A DNA stretch of 43,658 nucleotides, taken from contig JBNGIO010006314.1 in the NCBI GenBank assembly GCA_049999805.1, positions 598,603-642,260 of the forward strand, in the 5' to 3' direction. Below, in pieces: positions 13,135 through 22,339 of the stretch. Both the position numbers and the translations under genes were made by a program. Every line of letters starts with the position of its first letter. Within the stretch, counting starts at the first letter, position 1. The notes beneath the pieces are model-generated. The model saw only the letters and a list, made by a program, of their open reading frames with translations. It ran no database searches and was not told where the DNA came from. This stretch comes from Folioceros fuciformis (lineage: Eukaryota).

Positions 13135-14062
13135 TCACAAGAAATTCGGCTTTTTCCGCAACCGTCTCCTGTTTCTGCCCCGCGCGAAGCTGCTGCCGCT
13201 GCTGTCATCGAAAGACGAAAATGCACCCAGCAGCTCTGCATCATGGACATGTGCCACAGCTCCTGCAGCAGCAGCTGGCTGCTGGGCCAGAAGCGTTTCG
13301 GCATGCTCGCCATCCTTCCATCCCAATGCCCGCGCTCTCTGTTCCCATAGAGCCGCCAACCTGTCGGACACCACCAGCGCCGCCTCTGCTCGCTCTCTGG
13401 CCTCCTCGCTGGTCTCCATGCCTATGTTGCATTTCTCCGCCTCTTTCTGGTACTGCGATGTGAGCTTCTTGGCGTCAAGGAAGGCGGAATCAGAGCGCTC
13501 CTGGTTTTCGGCAGCCACCTTCTCCTGCAAAGCCAACTCCTCTTGCAGCAGCTGCACCTTGCTGGAGTGCAGCTCGCTCTGCAGGTCTGGATCGTCGCTG
13601 GCGCAATCTGCCGACCGGGGACACGACAGGAAATCGAGTCAGCTCACCTCACCTGAGGGCAGGGCAGCGCACGCGCAAGAAAGCAAGCGACGGATCGATC
13701 CACACACTACCTGCGAGCGAGACATTAACCAGCCCTGCACGCAATCAGGCCAGACATCTGATCAGTAACGGAGGCGAGCCGAGCGGTCCAGACATGCGGA
13801 AAAGCAGAGTGTGTTGTGCAGGAGCAGGAGCAGGGCAGGAGCAGGTACCGGGAGCAAGGTCAGGCAAGGCGGAGTCGGATCCGGGGAGCGAGTCGCAGGG
13901 GCAGACACAGTCGGGGCAGTAGGAGTCTGAGGCAGGTTCCACCCGCCCCACAAAACGCCAGTAGAGGGGCGGCCCGAGAATGTAGAAGCCTACCCCGACT
14001 GCAAGCACGCAAATGAGGAGCTTGAGGCGGGAAGGCGTCAGGCTGCAGCCCTGCTGGGCCAT
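13135..14062 (-). CDS. DUF1068 family membrane-anchored coiled-coil protein; exons 14062-13849, 13607-13135
   Basis: N-terminal hydrophobic segment plus YILGPPLYW, CPDCVCPC, DCASDDP, LLQEELALQ, SQYQKEAEKCNIGMETSEEARERAEAAL and LWEQRARALGWK. A phase-1 intron joins the two parts in frame. Confidence 0.88.
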
Positions 14063-14927
14063 TGCCCCCTCCCCTCAATCCTGCCTTTGATCTTTGCTTG
14101 CTTGCACGAGCAAGCTCCTACGCGAATGCTTGTGCTCCTCTATGAGGGACGCGATCCGCGATCCGCTAGGCTATACACGACGCCAAATGTGCTGCGTGGT
14201 GGATCTGGGCTGTGCGCCAGCATCACTTCCTGCCAAGCCCGTTTTCTCACCCTTTGCTATTTCAGGCAACTCGCAAGCCCATTTCTCAGTTTTACTCAAC
14301 AATTTTCTTCTCGGACCCCCGGCATCACTTCCGGAACCCTACCTAGTCGAATCCTGAGACCTGCACACCGGATTCTCATGGTTTTCTAGCTCCTTCATCG
14401 TGCGCGATAGGCTGCAGAACCCTTTAGCTTCACCAGCCAGCGGCAGAGTCTCTGTGGCCCATTCAGAGTGTCTGCCATCAAGAGTTGAGAAATTCTTGGC
14501 CGTCTTGCAAAGCTGTCTGCCTTGTCAATTGCGAATCCCTACATTGCCCCGGGCTACAGGGTTGATAGAAGGACTGTCTGCTCACAGACAAAGCACAGTA
14601 TAGTATAGCCGGGATTGAGCTATGTGCACCAAGAGTACTAATGCATATCGTGGTTATGTGTAGGTCATGCGTATGCATCATAAGTTTCAGGGTGGGTGGC
14701 AATTTTATGAGCCCGTGGTAAACATGCAATTAGAGAGCATTAGTGGCACGGTCAAAATTTAAACAAGACTAGTTTCCATTCGGGGTACAGACTTGGGAGC
14801 CGACCATGATGCTCTGTTCGACACGTTGCCACGGTCCGGTGGCAGGCGACTGGGAGCGTAACTGGAACTGGTGGTTTGGTGACGAGCGCAAAGACAAGGT
14901 CGAGGATTCGAGCAACACAGACCGGGT

Positions 14928-17780
14928 ATGAAGCACACTCTTGGGGACACCCGGCTTGCACACAAGCCGAAGGGCATGAAACGAGGGGCGGCCAAAATGC
15001 GTCTCAAGAAGAAACGTGGAGGCGCAATTCATGGCTGGCTTCCTTTCACGTGTGTTGGGAAAGAGCCAGTCTGGAATTTCAGAGATGAGGACGATTACAG
15101 GCCAGCACGGGCAGCAGAGGAGGAACGCGTCACTGACCAAATCTGGCTTGATGAGGCTGCAGCGAAAGCGGAAGCCAGGGCGCTCCAGCAGGAGCAGCAG
15201 GCACTGGAACCTGAACCAGCTGTAGCAGAATTGGAGTTTTTGGAATGTCAGCACCTCAACTCGATCTACTTTGATGAAGATACAGGAGAGTATTGCCAAA
15301 CATGTCGGGTTTTAATCAGAGACATCGCCGACATCCCGCCTGAAATTGACCGGAGTCGGAGAGCGCGGTTCAAGCCGGATCAAGAGCGATGGGCTAACGG
15401 GTACCCGGATTCAGAGGATGACGATGAGGAGGAAGTGGACCAGACGGTGGAGGGACAGAGCGGTGTGGTGATTGCTGTCCCGCCTGTTGGGGAATTGCAG
15501 GAGAGCGTGGACCCGGAGCGTGGCCTCTGCACAATTCCTGAGCTAGCCGAACGGATGCATCCGCATCAGAGGAGTAGCTTCGGGTTCCTGTGGAGGAATC
15601 TTGGGGGGTGTGCTGCTTCTGGTCATCAGGCTGGAGGATGCATTTTGGCTCACGCCCCAGGGACAGGCAAGTCCCTACTCATCGTCGGCTTTCTGCAGAG
15701 TTACTTCGTGGCTAATCCACAACACCGGGCTTTGATTGTTGCTCCCAAGAGCATGCTGAAAGTCTGGAAGCGGGAGTTTGAGAAGTGGAAGTCGAGCGTG
15801 CCTGTGCTAATCCTCAACTACAACAAGACGGCTTGGAAGGAAGCGGGGGACACGGTTCCTCAGATGCATGGGGACAACAACATTCACAAGGAACGGAAGG
15901 GGGTGCTGGAGGCGTGGAAGAACAAGCCAGGCACCGTGCTCACAACGAATTACCAGACGTTGGAAAGGATTGTGCATGATCCGCTGCAGCTGGCTAGCGC
16001 GGACGCTAATAGCAACAGGGAGTGCGTGGTTAACTGGACGAATGTGCTCATTCTGGATGAAGGACACTTCATCAGAAACATTACTCAATGCAGGAGCGCT
16101 GTGATGGAGATCAAGACCCAGCGGCGAGTTTTGCTGTCAGGAACCCTTTTCCAAAACAACGTTGAGGAGCTCCGGAACCTCTGCTACTTGGTCAGGGCTG
16201 ACTTCCTGGACCAGGGAAGGTGCGGCAAGGAGGGTGGTGCCTTGGAGGGTGTCATCCGGATTGGTTCCGATAGTGAGGACGAGAAGAAGACACCTGGGTA
16301 CCAGGCCCCGCCTCCTACCGCCCGGGTGCTTAGACATCGTCCGGCAGCTGCAGACCCAGAGGTGACTGCGGTGCAGCACCATGAGAAGCTGCTCATCCAG
16401 AAGCAGAAGATGGAGCGGAAAAAGTTCGACATCAAGTGCATGACGTTATTTCCTGCATTGTTAAGGAAGGACAGCAAAGCCACTGTCACTGAGCAGCAGA
16501 GGGACGAGGAGATAAAGAAATGGCAGGAACACACAGACTGGTTTGTGGATTTCTTTGATGGGGAGGGCATCCTGGAGAAGCTTCCTCCATTACAGGAGTA
16601 TGTGTTGAAGGCGAACCCTACCGACATTCAGAAGGATATGCTGCAAGAAAAGCGTCTGCTGGAAGGGCGACATGACTTAACCATGCTGGAGGCCCATCAA
16701 AAAAGCTCTCTCATATGCATGCACCCCGTACTTGAGAACTGGAGTAGTGACGGCGGCAACAGGGATCAAGAATATCGTAAAGCAAGGCGGGAGCAGGGAG
16801 TGAAGACACACATTGTGATGCAACTGTTGGAGCTGTGTAACCAGCAGAACGAGAAGGTGATAGTGTTCTGCATGCAGGTGGAGCCGCTAAAGCTGTTGAG
16901 GAGCATGATGGAGACCTGTTTCAGGTGGTCCCTGGGGATGGAGTTCCGAATAGTGCATGGATCAATGAACTTGGATGACCGGATTCGAAGTATGGATGAT
17001 TTCAACCAAGTTGATGGACCAGTGAAGGTGATGCTAGCTTCTACCAAGGCATGCGGAGAGGGTGTATCTCTGGTAGGAGCTTCCCGAGTTATCCACTTGG
17101 ACACAGAGTGGAACCCGGCGGTGAACAGGCAGGCCACATGCCGGGCTCATCGACAGGGGCAGACGAAGCCAGTATTTGCTTACCGTCTTCTAGCTTGCGA
17201 TACGCGTGAAGAAGAGCGTTACAACACCGCCATCTTGAAGGACAACCTGGGAAGAAGAATTCTTGTACCTGCTGACGTAAGGGGTCCATCAGGGAAAGGA
17301 GAGCTGCAGCCGCCAGTTCCAGCTGGCACCATCGACGACAACATACTGAAAAAGATTATTCGGTGGGACAAGAATGAGAGCATAATGCAGATCGTCAAGC
17401 TAGGCCTAAACAACGGCGGTACTGCGTACACAGAAGAGATTGTTTATGCCACAGCAAAGGCCCAAGAGCGGAGGAAAACGCCTGCGGAAGCTTCCCCAGA
17501 GCAGAGGAAAACGCCTACAGAAGCTTCCCCAGAGGAGAAAACAAGGCCTGCACCGAATCCACGGCCACCTCCACCAAAACCCAGACGGAAAAAAGGGATT
17601 CGTTATTCACAGCCGAACAAGAGAAAGAGACAGCGCAGGAAACTCGAATTATCAAACGAAGACAATCGCCACGAGGCCCAGCATTGCAGAGGCTCCCGGC
17701 CTTCAAAACAAGAGGTGAGCAGTGGGGAGGAAGATGTCCTCCCCTCCCATTCGGATGATGATTTATCAGATGAGTTCTGA
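14928..17780 (+). CDS. CLSY: SNF2-family chromatin remodeller, CLASSY/DRD1 subfamily (single 950-aa ORF; start codon uncertain)
   Basis: CQH...DEDTGEYCQTC zinc-ribbon-like segment; MHPHQRSSFGFLWRNL; GGCILAHAPGTGKS (I); ILDEGH (II); LLSGTLFQNN (III); EKVIVF; VMLASTKACGEGVSLVGASRVI (V); EWNPAVNRQATCRAHRQGQ (VI). Confidence 0.85.
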   Translation: MKHTLGDTRLAHKPKGMKRGAAKMRLKKKRGGAIHGWLPFTCVGKEPVWNFRDEDDYRPARAAEEERVTDQIWLDEAAAKAEARALQQEQQALEPEPAVAELEFLECQHLNSIYFDEDTGEYCQTCRVLIRDIADIPPEIDRSRRARFKPDQERWANGYPDSEDDDEEEVDQTVEGQSGVVIAVPPVGELQESVDPERGLCTIPELAERMHPHQRSSFGFLWRNLGGCAASGHQAGGCILAHAPGTGKSLLIVGFLQSYFVANPQHRALIVAPKSMLKVWKREFEKWKSSVPVLILNYNKTAWKEAGDTVPQMHGDNNIHKERKGVLEAWKNKPGTVLTTNYQTLERIVHDPLQLASADANSNRECVVNWTNVLILDEGHFIRNITQCRSAVMEIKTQRRVLLSGTLFQNNVEELRNLCYLVRADFLDQGRCGKEGGALEGVIRIGSDSEDEKKTPGYQAPPPTARVLRHRPAAADPEVTAVQHHEKLLIQKQKMERKKFDIKCMTLFPALLRKDSKATVTEQQRDEEIKKWQEHTDWFVDFFDGEGILEKLPPLQEYVLKANPTDIQKDMLQEKRLLEGRHDLTMLEAHQKSSLICMHPVLENWSSDGGNRDQEYRKARREQGVKTHIVMQLLELCNQQNEKVIVFCMQVEPLKLLRSMMETCFRWSLGMEFRIVHGSMNLDDRIRSMDDFNQVDGPVKVMLASTKACGEGVSLVGASRVIHLDTEWNPAVNRQATCRAHRQGQTKPVFAYRLLACDTREEERYNTAILKDNLGRRILVPADVRGPSGKGELQPPVPAGTIDDNILKKIIRWDKNESIMQIVKLGLNNGGTAYTEEIVYATAKAQERRKTPAEASPEQRKTPTEASPEEKTRPAPNPRPPPPKPRRKKGIRYSQPNKRKRQRRKLELSNEDNRHEAQHCRGSRPSKQEVSSGEEDVLPSHSDDDLSDEF
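17467..17532 (+). repeat. 33-bp coding tandem repeat (RRKTPAEASPE/QRKTPTEASPE)
   Basis: Two near-identical 33-nt units in the SNF2 C-terminal tail. Confidence 0.85.
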
Positions 17781-17868
17781 GGTATAGATGTGAAAGGCTG
17801 GCACGCAGTGTGGTTTACTCTGTGAAGCTCTGGGATCGCTGTGCGACAACGACGCAGATTCTAGGATT

Positions 17869-17895
17869 GGGATTGGGGTTGGGGTTGGGATTGGG
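17869..17895 (+). repeat. G-rich (TTGGGR)n tract, potential G-quadruplex
   Basis: GGGATTGGGGTTGGGGTTGGGATTGGG: five G-runs with 2-3 nt loops. Confidence 0.7.
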
Positions 17896-18714
17896 AAGGT
17901 GAGTCTTATTACTGATGTAATAGGCGGGAGGGATTCCGATACAGAGTAATTATTTTTTGAAATTTATATAAGATAACTATAAGATAATGTATAACCTCTT
18001 CCAGGCGGAGGGAGATCAATGATAGAGCCTTGCACTGGAGTCTGGACGTGCTTCTTACGGGAGGGCCGGGTACGTAGGTATGTACATACATGTGCGATTT
18101 GAAAGAGCGTGAATTGAATAGTGGAGGGGCTGAGGGGCCTAGGGGCCGTGGGTGGTGGCCGATGTTTCGGGAGCCCAATGAATCGATTCGATTCGTATGT
18201 ATGTACCTTGGTGGGCGGAATTTAGTGTGCCCTAAAATACCGCGAAATCCAGCCAGCCAGCGAGCAACTTCATTCCGCAACACACTAATGTACAGTACAG
18301 TGCAAGCTACAAGTTGATAGGCGGCGGGCGGCGTTGCTGCAACCAAACGAAGGAAGCGGCAACAGAAAGTAAGCAAAGCAAAGCATGTCGGAGCGACCGT
18401 ACCTCGAGAAGGAGGCGCGGCCCACACGGCCCGACATCCGGGCCCGCCAGCTGCCCGGCCTGCATTGTCTTTAATGCGCTCCTCTTCCCCTTTCTTTCTT
18501 CTTTAGGGCTCGACCCCAGCTCGGCAAGCCTCCAACGGCACCCTTCGATGCCCCATGTGGCGATACCAGCCCCGATCTCGGGGGGCTTCTCGGCGCCAAA
18601 ATCTTTCCCGCTCCTATCTTTCCGGCGTCACAAGCCGTGGTGGCCTCCACTGCCCAGCCTGTGTCGTCGCCGGCGAAGCACTGTGCGTGTGGTACGATCT
18701 CCCGCTCTAACCCC

Positions 18715-18791
18715 CAGGCGCAGGACCAGGCGCAGGCGCAGGCGCTGGCGCTGGCGCTGCAGCGGAAGCAGAAGCAGAAGTAGAAGCAGAA
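18715..18791. repeat. Compound hexamer microsatellite (GGCGCA/GGCGCT/AGAAGC)
   Basis: Directly visible hexamer runs. Confidence 0.75.
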
Positions 18792-19139
18792 ACGGAACCT
18801 CCTGCGTGATTCCGTCTCTCACCGTCCACCTCCCGCCGCGGCTCTGCGCTGTCTTCCGCACTCTCGTTTTTTGAATTGCAGTGTGGTACTGGAGGAGGAG
18901 CCGGAGCTGGAGCTGGCGCTGGTGCTAGTGCGGCCTTCTTCCTCTCCCGCTGTCGTGTATCCTTTCAAAGGCGCAGCTGAGTTCGTTGTGCCGCGGGGAC
19001 GGGGAGGCCTGATCTGGCAGTGTGGCTCCCTGGGGATCGGGGGCTTCGTGTCGCTGGCACTGCCTGATTGACTGTGTTGTGGTCTGGGAAGGGAGGGAGC
19101 TCCGTGCGCGCGCCTTGTGCTGGTTTGTGCGAATTCCCC

Positions 19140-19817
19140 ATGGGGTACCTGTACTCGGAGGAGAGCTGCAGCCCGCAATCCGTGCGCTTCACCAAGGAGA
19201 AGATCTCGCCGCGCTTCAGCGCCCCGCACAACGAAGAGACTATCTTCGACCTGCTGGAGAAAATTCAAGGGGGGAGCCTGGAGCCGTCCGCGTTCCCCAC
19301 CATACGAGTGGTGAAGTTCGGGGGCCAGCTGTGGTCGCTGGACAACCGCCGCCTGTGGCTGTTCCAGAAGGCTGGGGTGGCCAGCATCATGGTGAGAGAG
19401 ATGCCCATGGAGAAGAGCAAGGCGTTCAAAAAGTTTCTGCACAAGACGCCTTTGGCTCATGTGCAGATGATGGCGGCTAAGGAGTTTGTCCCGCAGGTGG
19501 ACTACGCCTGGGACGGCCTGGTGGATATCTTCGTCAAGGTGAAGAAGTGGCTCAGGGCGGATGACATCAAGTCGGAGGAGGAGGATGAGGATGAGGAGGA
19601 CGAAGTGGACGTGGAGGTGGAGGAAGAGGAGCAAGACGGAAACAACGACTGGGAGCGCTCGCCTGTCAGGAGTGACGAGGATGCTCGCACACACAAGGAG
19701 AAGACTCCGGATTCCGATGACACTGACTTGGGGGACAATCAGTACCCTATTCTGTGGAAAAGCTTGGACGAGGAGGAGGAGGATGGAGAGGAGGAAATCC
19801 ACCCGGTTTACAAGTAG
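19140..19817 (+). CDS. ParB/sulfiredoxin-like domain protein (SLDNRRL type) with acidic tail
   Basis: ORF from ATG 19140 (225 aa): SPQSVRFTKEKISPRF...TIFDLLEKIQGG...FPTIRVVKFGGQLWSLDNRRLWLFQKAG, then a D/E-rich tail. Third codon positions are strongly GC-biased. An upstream exon is possible. Confidence 0.7.
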   Translation: MGYLYSEESCSPQSVRFTKEKISPRFSAPHNEETIFDLLEKIQGGSLEPSAFPTIRVVKFGGQLWSLDNRRLWLFQKAGVASIMVREMPMEKSKAFKKFLHKTPLAHVQMMAAKEFVPQVDYAWDGLVDIFVKVKKWLRADDIKSEEEDEDEEDEVDVEVEEEEQDGNNDWERSPVRSDEDARTHKEKTPDSDDTDLGDNQYPILWKSLDEEEEDGEEEIHPVYK

Positions 19818-20486
19818 TGAGCAGCAGGGCAAGTATCGTTCTCTCTCGCTCCCCCCTCTCGCATCTGTCCTTGTCCTGAGGAGCAGACCTTCTTTGCCTG
19901 GTCACATTTGGCGGTGAATCCGGGTTGTTGTTGCCCGGCTAATCTGTGGCACATTGTAGCACTCGTCTGCCCGCAATTTTGACACCGATGATGAAGCAAG
20001 GCTTGGCTGGCTCTTTCATGTGCCTCATGCTTACAGACTTTGTTTTGTTCCTACCGCTCTGGCTGGTGGAGTTGATTGATGCATGTACAGTAACGAAGAC
20101 AAGCTCCAACAGGCCACTATGATGCATGTTATAAACACTTAAATTATAGCCGAGTACAGAAATTGAAATAGCGATTTGTTTGTGAGCAACTTCGTCATGT
20201 CGGGGAATGCCAGCAGTGGCTTTCCGACTGATGTCTGGTAATTAGTAGGCTCTACACAAACCGGAAGCATCAGTCTCCTCTTGATTCTTGCTACTGCCGT
20301 GTGTGAGGAGAGTTGAAATGGAATCACATTTGTGCGCAGACGTTGTTTCCACTCGCCTCCCACCCTGTGCTTGATAAACAACTACACTGTCGCAAGTTTA
20401 ATTGGAAGTTTGGGAATACGTTGATGCCATCGCTCCACCAGTTGCACACTGTATGCCTTCTCTCACGATGTGTTTCTTCAGGTCTC

Positions 20487-21587
20487 CTAAAATACAGCCT
20501 CATCACTTGTGTGACTACGATATAGCTGGTCGACCGCCTGCGATGGAGAACTTGGATTCAGTCCGATTATTCTGCGCCGCAACCAGGGCCGCTTCTCAGA
20601 CGTATGAATATGGCGGACCTTGTATCCCCATGTGCTTCTTCTGCTAGGGATGGAGACAGGGGTCATCCTGCGTTGCTTAATAAGCTCGGACTTGAAGCGC
20701 TGAGTAGTAACATCAGTCCCGATCCCTGGTGAGGGTCCCCTCGAGTGCTCCGAGTCCAACAATGCAGGGCCGTCTTTGACCGGACGATGCTTCTTCCTCG
20801 TTGTTCCCTCTTCATCCGACGCGGTGGCAGTCTCTGGACACGACGCCAAGGATGGCAGCCGCGCATAATTACTCCTAGAGGCGAAGCGCTTTCTTGGCCA
20901 ACCAATGCAGCAGGCCCTTGACCCGACAGCAGGGCTGGGAGGCTCCTCATAACTGCGCGGTTGAACAGGACTTCCGGGCCTCGTGCCTTCCAGGACTCCT
21001 TCACCGTTCCGCGAATTGCTCGGGCTCTCCCTGCGCTGCTCTCCACCCGCCTTCCAATCGTCTTCACCAGGACTGATCGAATCATCCCACGCCATGACTG
21101 CCTCCACCGCCGGCGTAGGCCACATGCACCCCTGACTCCGACATGCATACGGCGACGCTGGACCCTGCCCCGCTTCCCCAGACTCTGCACACAATTCGGC
21201 CGCAACTGAATCCAAATCATGCCGTCCTCCCTTCCCCGAACTCGATCCCGACTGGTGCCCATTCTCCTTGACGGAAATCCAATGGCACAAAGATGGTAGT
21301 GACTCCACCGAGCAGCGTCCGCGATCTATCTCTGGCTCGCTCAATCCAGGCTGGTCAGCATCTGCGTACGATTCGCCAGAATCCGATCCGCTCTCACTCC
21401 CTCCCGTCCGAAGCAATGTTTCCGTCTCTTCGTACTCCTCTTCATCCTCCTCCCACGGAAACGCCCGTGCAAAGAAGTTCACAATCGACGCTACGGTAAT
21501 AGGCACAACAAGAGGCACCACCCATCCCATGAACTGCAGTGGGGCCAGTGCGCTGCAGAATCGCAGCCACAGAGCTATCCCAGACAT
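20487..21587 (-). CDS. Uncharacterised protein: N-terminal hydrophobic segment followed by an acidic/Ser-rich disordered region
   Basis: Open frame of 366 aa from ATG 21587. FMGWVVPLVVPITVASIVNFFA is followed by WEEDEEEYEETETLL. No family recognised. Confidence 0.45.
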   Translation of the reverse strand: MSGIALWLRFCSALAPLQFMGWVVPLVVPITVASIVNFFARAFPWEEDEEEYEETETLLRTGGSESGSDSGESYADADQPGLSEPEIDRGRCSVESLPSLCHWISVKENGHQSGSSSGKGGRHDLDSVAAELCAESGEAGQGPASPYACRSQGCMWPTPAVEAVMAWDDSISPGEDDWKAGGEQRRESPSNSRNGEGVLEGTRPGSPVQPRSYEEPPSPAVGSRACCIGWPRKRFASRSNYARLPSLASCPETATASDEEGTTRKKHRPVKDGPALLDSEHSRGPSPGIGTDVTTQRFKSELIKQRRMTPVSIPSRRSTWGYKVRHIHTSEKRPWLRRRIIGLNPSSPSQAVDQLYRSHTSDEAVF

Positions 21588-22339
21588 GATCTGCGATCTC
21601 CACCGACACGATTCTCGGTTTCCCCTGGGCTCGCTACTGCAACAGTCCACCACACAGACTAGGGGCAGCGTCCAGCGTAGGCGTAACACCGCGTTGCCAC
21701 ATGCCTGACCCGTTTGCCTGAACTAGCAATATTAGCAAACACGAATTCAGCACGGAGATAGTATACACCTTTAAACATATTCCTCTTCTGGCCAGCAGCT
21801 GCCCGTCTTCCGGTTAGTTTTGTGGTAACGGTGGAGAGAACTAAAAGGAGGCTGCCATTTCCGCTGTTAAAGCCCGGCGTTATGGAGCGAAGACATATCA
21901 TGGAGGGACGAAGGCTAAGGCCGAGAATATACATATGTACAGTATGTAGGAGGAGGAGCAGAGGAGGAGGTAGGTGTGGCCGGCGCTGGTCCCATTGCCC
22001 TCCTCCCTGTGACGTTACACGAAACCCGGGGTTCACTCGCCTCCGGGGGTCTACCGGTTTCTTGTTTCCGAAGCGGCGCCAGGAAGGAGAGGCAGCGAGT
22101 GTGAGGCTGCTGCGCCTGCGCATCCGCATCCGCGTACGGCCAGGCTTTCGCCCGCGCACAGAGCTGCAGGATAGCGACATGCCGAGACGCGGGAGGAGTA
22201 GTAGGAGCTGGAGCTGGTGCCTGTCGCTGCCACTGCTCGGGGCAACCCACTGCGCTCTGCCCTGCCGCCTCCCGCTTCTCGTGCCGCCTGCCGCAGCCCC
22301 CTCGCCGGCGCTCTAGGCTCTCCGCACCATGTGCCGGGC

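Noticed and set aside
12983-13768. 261-aa plus-strand ORF
   Set aside because: Antisense to DUF1068 exon 2; Ser/Ala-rich mirror translation
18819-19832. 337-aa minus-strand ORF
   Set aside because: Antisense shadow of the GC3-rich plus-strand gene; no recognisable domain
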